From the IMG/VR virus record IMGVR_UViG_3300048998_000202: 64,000 bases of DNA. One strand, written 5' to 3'. This document shows, piece by piece, positions 1 through 9,117 of this stretch. Each line of letters starts with the position of its first letter. Position 1 is the first letter of the stretch. Source of the stretch: a virus. Taxonomy: Duplodnaviria; Caudoviricetes. Below the pieces are notes generated by a model, which worked only from the letters and a program-made list of their open reading frames with translations, did no database searches and was not told where the DNA came from. The position numbers and the translations under genes were made by a program.

Positions 1-583
1 TGGCGAAGGCGTAGAAGGCGTCGGTCTTGTTGATCCGGTTGGCCCGGGAGGTGTCGCCGTTGAGGAAGAATGACTGCCGCAGAGCCAAGGTGAGTTCGAG
101 CTGTACCCCCATGCTGCGCAGGTTCTTCTGGGTGATGTTGGCCGGGTCGTTGCCGTCCAGCTCGGTGGAGGCAACCGAGGTGGTGAATCCCGCAGCGGTC
201 AGCGCCGTGGCGATCTTGTCCCGCAGGACGGTGTCCGCACCACCCATGAAGACCTGCGGGGTACCCCCGGAGGCCCCGTGCCAGGAGATCGTGTACTGCG
301 ACTCCCCCACGATCCGCAGCGCATTGGGCTCGTCGAAATGGGTGCTGGTCAGGTGCAGGACGGAGTTCCCTGAAGGCTTCTTGCCGTCGAAGGTGTAGTA
401 GTTCACCCCCTGGAGGCCCGCCATGTAGTCGGCGATCTCGGTGGTGCCCGACTCGATACCGCCGCCGTGGATGGCGATGTGGACCAGCGGGTTGTAGATC
501 CCCTCGCGGAAGGTGATCAGGTAGTCCGTGCCCAGGACCTGGTGCGCCGCCAGGTCAGCGTAGTTGGTGTAGGTATCGACCAT
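1..583 (-). CDS. pghP: Poly-gamma-glutamate hydrolase family protein (PghP/DUF867), truncated by window edge
   Basis: Manual translation from ATG at 583: MVDTYTNYADLAAH...HIAIHGGGIESGTTEIA...LHLTSTHFDEP...ISWHG...GVQLEL. HGGGIE, TSTHFDEP and S(W/L)HG are family motifs. Not in the ORF track. Confidence 0.88.
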   Translation of the reverse strand, partial: MVDTYTNYADLAAHQVLGTDYLITFREGIYNPLVHIAIHGGGIESGTTEIADYMAGLQGVNYYTFDGKKPSGNSVLHLTSTHFDEPNALRIVGESQYTISWHGASGGTPQVFMGGADTVLRDKIATALTAAGFTTSVASTELDGNDPANITQKNLRSMGVQLELTLALRQSFFLNGDTSRANRINKTDAFYAFA

Positions 584-598
584 CAGTGGGTTTCCTCG

Positions 599-1945
599 TC
601 ACTCATGGACCGGTACCGCCTTGCGGTCCCCGGTGTAGGGATGGGCAACGAGAGCACCGTCGGACACTGCCTGGGCGGCCAGAGCGTGCTGAGCCCCGAG
701 GATGCCCTTCTTGGCGGTGTAGAAGATCTCCGTGCCGTCCCGATACACCACGAACTGATCATCGGTCAGTGGAGAGGGTGTGCCGTCCTGGGGTGTTGCG
801 AAGTCCAGCGTGTCCGATGCCGGGAAGGTGTACGACGTCACCGCAGAAAACTGGCTGTTATACGTCCAGGAGCTGCCCTGGGATCCTGTGAACGGCGGCC
901 GGGGCAGCACTCGACGTGTCGCCGGGTCCACCCCCTGCATGGCCTGGATGGTCGAGACCGGGTACACCGTCGCGATGCCCCCGGTGATCGTGGCCTTCGG
1001 CTGCACCTTGGGAGTGATCTCCCAGTACTCGCTGTCGGCCTGGAGACCGGAGATTGGTTGAGCGACGTGGGGAGAACCCAGACCCGAGTCCACGGTGATG
1101 ATCGTCCCGGCCGGACGCAGCTTCTGGAGTACCCGCACCAAGGCGTTCTCGTCCCGGGCGTAGTCGCTGGCGTGGTCCGGCGAGCTGGAGTAATCCTTGC
1201 GCGGCCGGACGACGATCTCCGAGCGCGTGAGGGTGTTGGTACGGCCCACCTCGATCGTGCCCTCCACCCGGTTCCAGGTGTCGGACGCCGCGAAGCTCCC
1301 CCACGTCGGAAACAGTGACTCGACGTCACTCCAGGTGTTGGGGTCGGAGAGCACCAAAGACCCGTAAGAGTCCAGGAGCTGCCAGGACTCGTAGATGTCC
1401 ACCGGGGCCTGCACGAGAGCCTCAGCGACCTGCTGGAGCCCCGGGACGGTACCTCCCATGGCGATGGCCTTGGCCAGCTCGGCGATGCGCTCCCGGTAGG
1501 AGGCGTCGGCCGTCAGGATCGTGTCCCACTCGTCCGGAGTGGCCGTGTCGTCCATGGGGTTGATCGGCAACGCCTCCGACGGTTGCCGCAGAGCCCCGAA
1601 GATGGCGCCGTAGAAGCGGTCCAAATCGAAGAAGTTCGCCCCGGACAGGTCGTTTTCCAGGCGGGTGACCAGCGTGCGCTTGCGGAGCTGCCCAGCCCCA
1701 GAGTCGCCCAGAAGGACCTTCATCAGCCGCACCAGATAGCTGGAGTTGCGCAGGTCGTACAGGCTCTCGGGGAAGTTCTGGAGCTGCTGCATCGTCGGAG
1801 CGTCCGGCAGCAGCATGTTGGTGGCGCGCTGGACCCCCGACACCAACGGTCCGGCCGGATCGGACTGGAGGGGTATCAGGCCGGTGTTGGGCGCAGAGGA
1901 GACATCGAAGAACGAGGTGGTCTGGTTGAAAATCGGTGTCGTCAT
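599..1945 (-). CDS. Baseplate wedge protein (downstream of baseplate J)
   Basis: 448-aa ORF overlapping the baseplate J stop; DLDRFYGAIFG and YRERI segments; synteny. Confidence 0.6.
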   Translation of the reverse strand: MTTPIFNQTTSFFDVSSAPNTGLIPLQSDPAGPLVSGVQRATNMLLPDAPTMQQLQNFPESLYDLRNSSYLVRLMKVLLGDSGAGQLRKRTLVTRLENDLSGANFFDLDRFYGAIFGALRQPSEALPINPMDDTATPDEWDTILTADASYRERIAELAKAIAMGGTVPGLQQVAEALVQAPVDIYESWQLLDSYGSLVLSDPNTWSDVESLFPTWGSFAASDTWNRVEGTIEVGRTNTLTRSEIVVRPRKDYSSSPDHASDYARDENALVRVLQKLRPAGTIITVDSGLGSPHVAQPISGLQADSEYWEITPKVQPKATITGGIATVYPVSTIQAMQGVDPATRRVLPRPPFTGSQGSSWTYNSQFSAVTSYTFPASDTLDFATPQDGTPSPLTDDQFVVYRDGTEIFYTAKKGILGAQHALAAQAVSDGALVAHPYTGDRKAVPVHE

Positions 1946-3771
1946 CAGTAGGCCCCCCAGGAATTCTGGGCACGCTGCTGGTACAGCGAAGCACCGAACT
2001 GCGGTATCTGGGAGTCGGTGAAGACCACGTCCTTGGGACGCCCGGTGGTGTCGACGTATGAGGTCAACACCGTGCCGGTGGTGGAGATCTGCTGGATCCC
2101 GACCTGGAAGCTGTTGGCGGCGCCGAAGGTGAATCCAGACCAGTCTGAGCCGTTGAGGAACCGAACGTTGTCCACGCCGGGCACGTTGTGCAGCACCTGA
2201 AGAGCGTCGGAGACCTGAACGATGGCGTTGATGCCCAGAGAGTTCAGCCAGCTCGCCAAGGCCGCATCCAGAGACTGGTTGACCTGGGGCGGATAGGCGA
2301 CCCGGTCATACATCACGGCCAAAGAGAACCTCAGCAGAACGGACTGGGCCTGGTGGGCCTGGGCATCGGTCCCGGCCAACCGCCAGGAGTCGATCTCCTT
2401 CTGAATCGACAGTGGCACCTCGTTGTAGGTGTAGGCACCATCAGATCCCACAGTGAAAACCGCGTTGTTGGCCGGGAGGTTGGCGGCGTTCCATTCCAGG
2501 CCGAAATTGCTCGACGGCGTCCAGCCGCTGGCGGTGTTGTCGTGGACGATCTGATAGGCGTACGTGATGCTGCCGACCACGGTGCCCAGAGGATTGGTCG
2601 GGGTGGCCAGTCCGTACGTGGTAGAGCCCACGACGATCGTCGGGGAGACGGTCAAGATCGGCCCGAAGGCCAGCGGGAGAAAGACGTTGCCGCTGACCGG
2701 ATGGCTGCCGTCCGGGCGCACGTAGTTGGCCAACGGGTAGGCCGAACTGCCGAAGATCTTGGCGTTCTGGAAGATCATCGACTGCTGGGCAGAAACCGCC
2801 CTGGACCCGGCACACCACACGTCGATGCGGTTGATGATGCCGGTGGAAGGATTGGACCGGCTCGCAATCGGCGTGTACTCGTACTCCAGGTCGGCGATGG
2901 TCCCGTTGGGGATAGCCGCGCTGTTGGTGACGGTGACGGTGGGCGGCAGCGTGGGCGTGAAGGTGTAGTCGTGCCCGGCGACGAAGACCACGCCGTTGTC
3001 GATGTCGGTGCCGAACGAGACGGGTGTACCGAACACGTACTTGGCGTCGTTCACCGTGCTGGTCGCCGTGCCGGAGGCCACCTGGATCTGCTCGCGTACG
3101 AGCTTGGTCGCGGTGACGACGTTGGCCGCGAAGCAGTCCGGGTCATTCAGGGCGATGCCCAGGAACATATCCTCGGTCCCCGCCATCGAGCGGAACACGG
3201 TCGCCTTCCAGCGGGCCCGCAGAGCAGAGTCCGTCTCCTGGTCCATGCCGCCCGAAGTGGCCGAGACGTTGATCGCAGCCGCCACCCCCTGGATGGGGGT
3301 GGAGAGGTTGTTGATCAAGTTCGGCCCGAGGTTGCCCGCAGGGCCCGCGTCCACCGCCTGGACGGGAACCGCCACCGACTGGATGCCGACATCCATGATG
3401 GCGCCGGTCACCGTCTGGAAGATCACCGGAGTGTCAGTGGAGGAGGTGATCTGGAAGTTGATGGGGATGAAGACGATCGAGTCGGTGTTGTCGACGCCCC
3501 GACTGAAGGTGACCGTTCCCGAAGCCCGTTTGGCCGGAAGCCGGGCGATACCGAAGAGCTGGCAGAACGAATCCAGGTCCGCATCGGTCTTGGAGTCGAT
3601 GTCGTAGGTGTAGGTCAGGAGCTGGTTGTCCACATAGGCGTCGGCAATGGATGCCGCCAGGGCGTCCATGATTTTGGCCATGGGGGTGCCGACCGAGGTA
3701 TCCAGCTCGGGCATCGAGGCCGCGAGGGCAGCCTTCATCTGAGAGGCGATATCCGCCTGGGTGGTCGCCAC
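1945..3771 (-). CDS. Baseplate J-like protein
   Basis: KRASGTVTFSR, VQAVDAGPAGN and SGGMDQETDSALRAR motifs. Confidence 0.9.
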   Translation of the reverse strand: MATTQADIASQMKAALAASMPELDTSVGTPMAKIMDALAASIADAYVDNQLLTYTYDIDSKTDADLDSFCQLFGIARLPAKRASGTVTFSRGVDNTDSIVFIPINFQITSSTDTPVIFQTVTGAIMDVGIQSVAVPVQAVDAGPAGNLGPNLINNLSTPIQGVAAAINVSATSGGMDQETDSALRARWKATVFRSMAGTEDMFLGIALNDPDCFAANVVTATKLVREQIQVASGTATSTVNDAKYVFGTPVSFGTDIDNGVVFVAGHDYTFTPTLPPTVTVTNSAAIPNGTIADLEYEYTPIASRSNPSTGIINRIDVWCAGSRAVSAQQSMIFQNAKIFGSSAYPLANYVRPDGSHPVSGNVFLPLAFGPILTVSPTIVVGSTTYGLATPTNPLGTVVGSITYAYQIVHDNTASGWTPSSNFGLEWNAANLPANNAVFTVGSDGAYTYNEVPLSIQKEIDSWRLAGTDAQAHQAQSVLLRFSLAVMYDRVAYPPQVNQSLDAALASWLNSLGINAIVQVSDALQVLHNVPGVDNVRFLNGSDWSGFTFGAANSFQVGIQQISTTGTVLTSYVDTTGRPKDVVFTDSQIPQFGASLYQQRAQNSWGAY

Positions 3772-3772
3772 G

Positions 3773-4198
3773 TCAGCTCACCGTCCTGGAGATCTGCAAG
3801 GTCTGTCCGGCCATGGTCGTCAAGCTGATGACGACCACCACAGAGTCGTACAGCACCGAAACGTCAATGGAGTTCACGGTCTGAATGATCTCGGACGTGG
3901 TGATGGTGTGTTGCTGGTTGTTGACTGCGGCCGTGGCGAGCTGCTGCTGCTGGTTGGCCATGTACTGCTGAAGGATCCGGTTGACCTCTGCCTGCACGAG
4001 CATCGGGGTATCGGTGTCGATCGGCTCGCCCAGGTACTGCCCCAGAACGGAGCCCCATCCGGAGTGGTAGGGGTCCGCTCCGTAATCCTCTCCGAGTGCC
4101 AGGGCCAGATCCTGGCGGATCTTCGCCGCTCCGCTCTGCGTCTGCAATCCGCCGGGTCCCACCACCAGGTCGCCGCCGGACAAGGCCAAGGTCTCCAC
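3773..4198 (-). CDS. Baseplate wedge protein, gp25/W-like
   Basis: True start is GTG at 4198 after GAGGAGG; KIRQDLALALGE..G.DPYH..WGS motif; upstream of J. Confidence 0.75.
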   Translation of the reverse strand: METLALSGGDLVVGPGGLQTQSGAAKIRQDLALALGEDYGADPYHSGWGSVLGQYLGEPIDTDTPMLVQAEVNRILQQYMANQQQQLATAAVNNQQHTITTSEIIQTVNSIDVSVLYDSVVVVISLTTMAGQTLQISRTVS

Positions 4199-4242
4199 GG
4201 CCACCTCCTCACTACTTCCTCGGTTAGGAGGTGGAGCCGACA

Positions 4243-4938
4243 TCAGGCCACAGAGAACCGGCAGGAGATCGTGGCCGAAGTGACAGTGGCGTTGGGCATC
4301 GCCGTGAACTGGACCACCCCGGCGCTGGTGATCTCCATCGAATGGGCTGTCGTGCCGGAGATCTGGGAGAAGGGCTGCGTCTTCAGCGGCCGGTAGCCCG
4401 GAGGCAGTGTGAAGACGGGGGAGGTCCCGGCGGCGATGGTCGTGGTGGTCTTGACCGCTCCCTCGATCACGACGAAGCCGCCGTAGTCGAGCAGGTAGCG
4501 GGCGCTCTGGTAGGCGCCGGAGAAGTCGGCCCAAGGGGAGGTGTAGACCGCTGGGGCCCAGACCCCCACAGGGACCGTCTGGGAGGTCGTCTGATCGTCG
4601 ATCAGGCCGAGCCCCTCCAGCACCCCCAGCAAGGTCACGAAGGCCGAGGGAATGGCGTTCCTGGAGCCCGTGAAGACCGGGGCGCTGGTCGCGGTGATCC
4701 GGCATCGCAGTGCCCAGTGACCGAGGGACCGGTCGATGATCCAGCGATCTCCGACCTGCGGCCACGCGACAGAGTCCCGCTTGTCCAGACCGACCTGGAT
4801 GGACTCGGCGGTCTGGACGTCTGCCACCAGGCAGATGTTGGCGTCCGGGTGCAGCTCTTTGATGTCCACGAGCTTGAAGGCGAAGCCGATGCCGGACGAT
4901 CCACTGCCCTGCTGCTTGGCCAGAACGGACTGGTACAT
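4243..4938 (-). CDS. Baseplate spike/puncturing-like virion protein
   Basis: WPQVGDRW (OB-fold-like N-terminus) and C-terminal VFTLPPGYRP fibre-type domain; synteny. Confidence 0.55.
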   Translation of the reverse strand: MYQSVLAKQQGSGSSGIGFAFKLVDIKELHPDANICLVADVQTAESIQVGLDKRDSVAWPQVGDRWIIDRSLGHWALRCRITATSAPVFTGSRNAIPSAFVTLLGVLEGLGLIDDQTTSQTVPVGVWAPAVYTSPWADFSGAYQSARYLLDYGGFVVIEGAVKTTTTIAAGTSPVFTLPPGYRPLKTQPFSQISGTTAHSMEITSAGVVQFTAMPNATVTSATISCRFSVA

Positions 4939-4948
4939 GGTGCTCCGA

Positions 4949-7498
4949 TCAGCCGAGCAGGCCACCCGCGCGGGGCAGCCCGATGAGGACGTTGGCCGAA
5001 CTACCGGTGTCGTTGAGTTTGGCCGGGGCCGAGATGTTGATCGTGGTGGCGAAAGAGCCGCCGTCGCCCATCTGGAAGGTGTGGACGACCTGGTTGACGT
5101 ACGCCTGGAAGGAGAAGGCGGGAATCTGGATCAGCATCCCCGGATACAGCTCCGGCATGAAGGTCAGAGGAATGTCGGCGTCGTACTGGTAGGCCCACTG
5201 CCGCATGAAGAAATAGATGGCGGAGAAGAACTGGGCGCTGGGTCCGACCAGGTTGGGCAGTTGCTGGAAGTCTGGCCGAGCACCGAACCGCTGGTAGATG
5301 AACTTGGTGAAGGCCGACGCCTGGGCCGTGGTCGGCTCGACCTTGAACAGCGCGTACATCAGCGCGGGTATGTCGATCGAGGCGATACCCCGGGTGTAGC
5401 TGAGGCTCTGAGCGACGACCAGGGGATCCAGGGAGGAGCTCACCAGGGAGGAGACCTGACCGGTCGCCAGGTCCAGCGCGTTCTGCCCGGCGCCCCCTTG
5501 CGGGGTGGTGGCGGTGAACTGGTGGGTGACGAAGAAGCTGTCGTCCCAGTCGACGTTGAAGTCCTTGATCTCGATGGGCTCGACGACCATCTTGGCCGCT
5601 GTCCCCCATAGCCCGTAGTAGTCCGGGAACCAGGAGATCAGGTCACCATTGGGGGCCGAACTGAACGACCGCATTCCCGAGGCGAAGAGGTTTTTCAGGT
5701 ACGGCAGCAGGGGCTGGTCGTTCAGCAGACTCTTGATGCCGGTAAGGGACTGACTGAGAATGTAGTTCGGGTCGGACTGCTGGGAGGCCAGGGGCTGCCA
5801 GGCGGTATCTCCGAAAAGCTTATCGAATGGGTCATTCGGGTTATAGCCAGGCGTGTCGCTGTAGTTGTCGGTGTAGATCGAGGAAGTATCGGACGCGCTG
5901 GAGCCAGGGGTATCGGTCGTGAGACCGCCACTGGTTGACCCGTTCCCCTGGCCCAGCTTCCCGTAATTCACCCGTGGGATCAGGCCCCCTGCATCCCAGT
6001 AACTGGCCGAGGTGGGCGTAACCGAGGCGAAGGTCCCGGTGTGATGGGCGCCCACCGAATGGGTGCCGTCCCCGATGCTCATCTCGACGTGATGAGGAGG
6101 AGATCCCTTGAAGAGAAGCGCTCCCGGCGTCTTCAGGGCGGTCGCCACGCTGACCTTCGAGCATGCCGGGAGCTGCTCCTCCGAGGTCCGGGGGAAGTTG
6201 TACAGGCCGCCCAGAGCCCGCAGGATGACTGACTGGACGAAGGAGGAGCAGTCCAGTCCGGGCGGGGGGTTGGCGCCGATGATCGAGACCTGAGTGCCCC
6301 CATACTTCTGGGTATACGGGATGGACGGGTAGGTCGTCACCAGATCCTTAGCCACCTGGATGAGCTGCAAATTCGAGCAGGTTCCCGTGGCGTTGGCCCC
6401 CGAGACCCCGGAGGTGACGATGCTGTTGGTGCCGCCCGCCTTCTTCAGGTCGTTGACCATCTGGGTCGCGTCGTTCTGCCACTTGGCGTACGCCTGCGGA
6501 TAGGCCGATCGCTGCACCGCCTGCGCCGCTTGGGACATCGTCATCTTGTCCCGGCTCTTGACGTTGAACAGTGCGGTGAAGAACCGCTGTGAGGCGTAGA
6601 CGGGATCGAGGATCTGAGACTTGGTGCCCCACCCCTGGGAGGGGCGCTGCTGGAACAGGCCGACCGAGTCCCGGTCTCCATGGTCCAGGTTGTGCAGGGA
6701 CGACTCCTGCATGGCCGTCATCAGGGCGATCGTCTCGTCCCGGTCGGTGGCGCCCATGGTGCGGCCCGTGTTGTAGATCGTGGTTGCGTTCTGCTTCTGA
6801 TCGGTCGCGTTGAAGCCGCCGTAGTCACCGGTCAGTGCCGCCGAAGTGGTCTGTCCCCCGTTGGTCCCGACGGTCCCGGCACCGCCCAGGGACTGGAAGA
6901 ACTGCTGGGCGAGCTGATCGGACTCGGCGGCGCTCTTGTCGACGGACTCGGCGATCTTGTAGGCGATCTTGAACCAGTCATCGGGGATCTTGGCGATGTG
7001 GACCTTGCTCTCCGGCCAGCCCACGACGTTCTTCAAGATCGACAAAACGACATTGGTCATGCCGCCGTCCGAGGTCTGCCCCGTGCCGCTGGCCGCCGAC
7101 AAGGCGTCCATGATCATCTGCTGGGTGAAGGCCGACTCCGGGTCCCAGTACCAGTACTGAAGCCGCTTCAGCGAGCACGATGCCGTGAGTGAGACGTTGC
7201 GCGGCCATGCCGTCAGCAGTGGAACCCGGTTCAGATATCCGGTGAACACCCTGACCCAGGTCACCCGCTTCATCAGCACGGTGATCCGGTCGTTGGGCGT
7301 GAACACCTCGTCGTATTTTCTCCTCGGATTTATCAGAGAAAACTGGAAGTCGCTCACCCCGTCAACACGCCTCGTGAGCTGACCACTTACGAGGTCATCC
7401 GAGACATCGATCACCGTGGTCTTTGTGCTACCCGCGTTAAGATTGCCGCCCGTCTCCACCAGAACTTGCACCTGTGGGGCATATATGAAGCTAGGAAT
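4949..7498 (-). CDS. Baseplate hub / tail-associated lysin (lysozyme-like plus NlpC/P60 domains); probable ATT start
   Basis: TAMQESSL...DSVGLFQQRPSQGWG and GLDCSSFV...HVEM motifs inside hub-like sequence; RBS GAGGGGG precedes an in-frame ATT at 7498. Confidence 0.8.
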   Translation of the reverse strand: MPSFIYAPQVQVLVETGGNLNAGSTKTTVIDVSDDLVSGQLTRRVDGVSDFQFSLINPRRKYDEVFTPNDRITVLMKRVTWVRVFTGYLNRVPLLTAWPRNVSLTASCSLKRLQYWYWDPESAFTQQMIMDALSAASGTGQTSDGGMTNVVLSILKNVVGWPESKVHIAKIPDDWFKIAYKIAESVDKSAAESDQLAQQFFQSLGGAGTVGTNGGQTTSAALTGDYGGFNATDQKQNATTIYNTGRTMGATDRDETIALMTAMQESSLHNLDHGDRDSVGLFQQRPSQGWGTKSQILDPVYASQRFFTALFNVKSRDKMTMSQAAQAVQRSAYPQAYAKWQNDATQMVNDLKKAGGTNSIVTSGVSGANATGTCSNLQLIQVAKDLVTTYPSIPYTQKYGGTQVSIIGANPPPGLDCSSFVQSVILRALGGLYNFPRTSEEQLPACSKVSVATALKTPGALLFKGSPPHHVEMSIGDGTHSVGAHHTGTFASVTPTSASYWDAGGLIPRVNYGKLGQGNGSTSGGLTTDTPGSSASDTSSIYTDNYSDTPGYNPNDPFDKLFGDTAWQPLASQQSDPNYILSQSLTGIKSLLNDQPLLPYLKNLFASGMRSFSSAPNGDLISWFPDYYGLWGTAAKMVVEPIEIKDFNVDWDDSFFVTHQFTATTPQGGAGQNALDLATGQVSSLVSSSLDPLVVAQSLSYTRGIASIDIPALMYALFKVEPTTAQASAFTKFIYQRFGARPDFQQLPNLVGPSAQFFSAIYFFMRQWAYQYDADIPLTFMPELYPGMLIQIPAFSFQAYVNQVVHTFQMGDGGSFATTINISAPAKLNDTGSSANVLIGLPRAGGLLG

Positions 7499-7509
7499 GA
7501 CTGCCCCCT

Positions 7510-8196
7510 CTACTGCTGTGTGCCGTTGTTGATGGGATTGACCCCGGTGACCGGGTCGACGTCTCCGATATCAGAGCCGCCAGCGGTACCGCCGTTGACG
7601 ATGTTCTGGATGTCCTGGATCGAGGTGACCTTATCGAAGGCTCCCACGTCTGGGACCTGACTTCCTGAGAGCTGGATACCGCTGGGGTAGAAGTACTTGA
7701 TCTCCGGAGATGCGCTCACGCTCTGCGCGCTCATGGAGAAGTAGGAGATCCACCGGTAGTCGGTGGTGGACTGCCCCAGGCTCTGATCGACGTGGGTCTC
7801 GAAAGAAACTGTCGGGGTCCAGATCATCGAGCCGACGTGGTTTCCCCATTCGATGCCGTTCAGGGGCACCCCCCACCGGATGAATTTCCGGTTGGGCATC
7901 GTCACCAGCATGGTGGGGAAGTTGCTGACCGACAGCGAGGGGTCCAGGGCCCTGCTGACGTAGTCGCTGAGGAAGTTGCTGAACTGCACGCGCTCCTTGT
8001 AGCCCTTGATGATCACCGTCAGGGCGAACGGGATGGCGGTGACCTGGTGGGGGTAGTACGCCCGGCGTGTACGGGCCTGGGCCTCGTCGGATACGAGCTG
8101 GGAACCGTGGGCGACCTGGGAGGCCCGGACGGAGAACTTGTAGGTCTTCCCGCCGTACTGGTAGCTCAGGCTCGTGTTGAGTCCGCTGCGGGCCAT
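7510..8196 (-). CDS. Putative tail/baseplate protein
   Basis: 228-aa ORF in the tail operon, tightly packed. Confidence 0.6.
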   Translation of the reverse strand: MARSGLNTSLSYQYGGKTYKFSVRASQVAHGSQLVSDEAQARTRRAYYPHQVTAIPFALTVIIKGYKERVQFSNFLSDYVSRALDPSLSVSNFPTMLVTMPNRKFIRWGVPLNGIEWGNHVGSMIWTPTVSFETHVDQSLGQSTTDYRWISYFSMSAQSVSASPEIKYFYPSGIQLSGSQVPDVGAFDKVTSIQDIQNIVNGGTAGGSDIGDVDPVTGVNPINNGTQQ

Positions 8197-8415
8197 CTAC
8201 AGCCCCTCGTCATAGTTGACGACCTGCTGCTTGGCCTGCACGGGGGCGTACGAGGGCGTGGCCATCTGCTGGTAGTCGGCCGTCGAGAGGTCGAAGAACA
8301 GTCCATTGGCGGTGAAGCAGAACCCGTCCATGGGGATCACGCCGGGGTTGTCGTCGCTCAGCGGCTGAGGAAGCGAGACCGGTACGTCGGCTCCCCAGTG
8401 CACAGGATCGGTCAT
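8197..8415 (-). CDS. Small hypothetical protein
   Basis: ATGA overlap with the upstream gene; abuts the downstream gene. Confidence 0.6.
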   Translation of the reverse strand: MTDPVHWGADVPVSLPQPLSDDNPGVIPMDGFCFTANGLFFDLSTADYQQMATPSYAPVQAKQQVVNYDEGL

Positions 8416-9113
8416 GGGCTCCCCAGCGTGGTGTTCGGAGTGGCAGTCGGATTCGACTGCTGGAACTGAGAATTCCAGGATGCACTAGGTGTGGATCCAC
8501 CGTTGTAAGCGGTGAACTTCCACCCGATTCCCTGCGATATACGTCCGATATACGCGTCGATCGCAGCGGCCTTCGCCTTGTCCAGGACGCCGTTGGACGT
8601 CCCGGCCTTCACCAGGCTCGTCGACCCCTCCTGAACGGGGAAGAGCGTCAGCGTGTACCGGTAATTGGCGCGGCCCACCTTGTGGACGACACCGGCCGAC
8701 CCGTCGCCGTCCGAGTCGGTGATCGACTTGATGTAGCACTGGAACCGGATGCTCAGGGGCGAGTAGAGGAAGGTCACCGGCTGGATCGAGGTCGAGCCGA
8801 TGGCGGAACCCGGCGTGGAGGCCCCTTGGGCCGACACCTGCTGGATCTGTTGGATCTTCTGGAAGAACTGCTCCGCCAGCTTCCAGGAGACGCCCTTGTG
8901 GGATCCATCGGTGTCCCGACCCCGGGTGTGGTCTTCTCCGATGGACCCCTGCACGGTGAAATCCGAGATGGAGGTTCCCAGGAGCTGGATGACGGTTCCA
9001 CCGACCGTCTGGGTCACCGATGTGTGAACGGTGATGTTGTAGTCGATGGATTCCGGGTCTATCCGGAAAGTGATGGACGGCCCCTTGGAGAAGCCGAGCG
9101 ATGCCACTCCCAT
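8412..9113 (-). CDS. Putative tail tube initiator/baseplate protein
   Basis: Immediately downstream of the tape measure; ITFRIDPESI motif. Confidence 0.55.
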   Translation of the reverse strand: MGVASLGFSKGPSITFRIDPESIDYNITVHTSVTQTVGGTVIQLLGTSISDFTVQGSIGEDHTRGRDTDGSHKGVSWKLAEQFFQKIQQIQQVSAQGASTPGSAIGSTSIQPVTFLYSPLSIRFQCYIKSITDSDGDGSAGVVHKVGRANYRYTLTLFPVQEGSTSLVKAGTSNGVLDKAKAAAIDAYIGRISQGIGWKFTAYNGGSTPSASWNSQFQQSNPTATPNTTLGSP

Positions 9114-9117
9114 GCCG

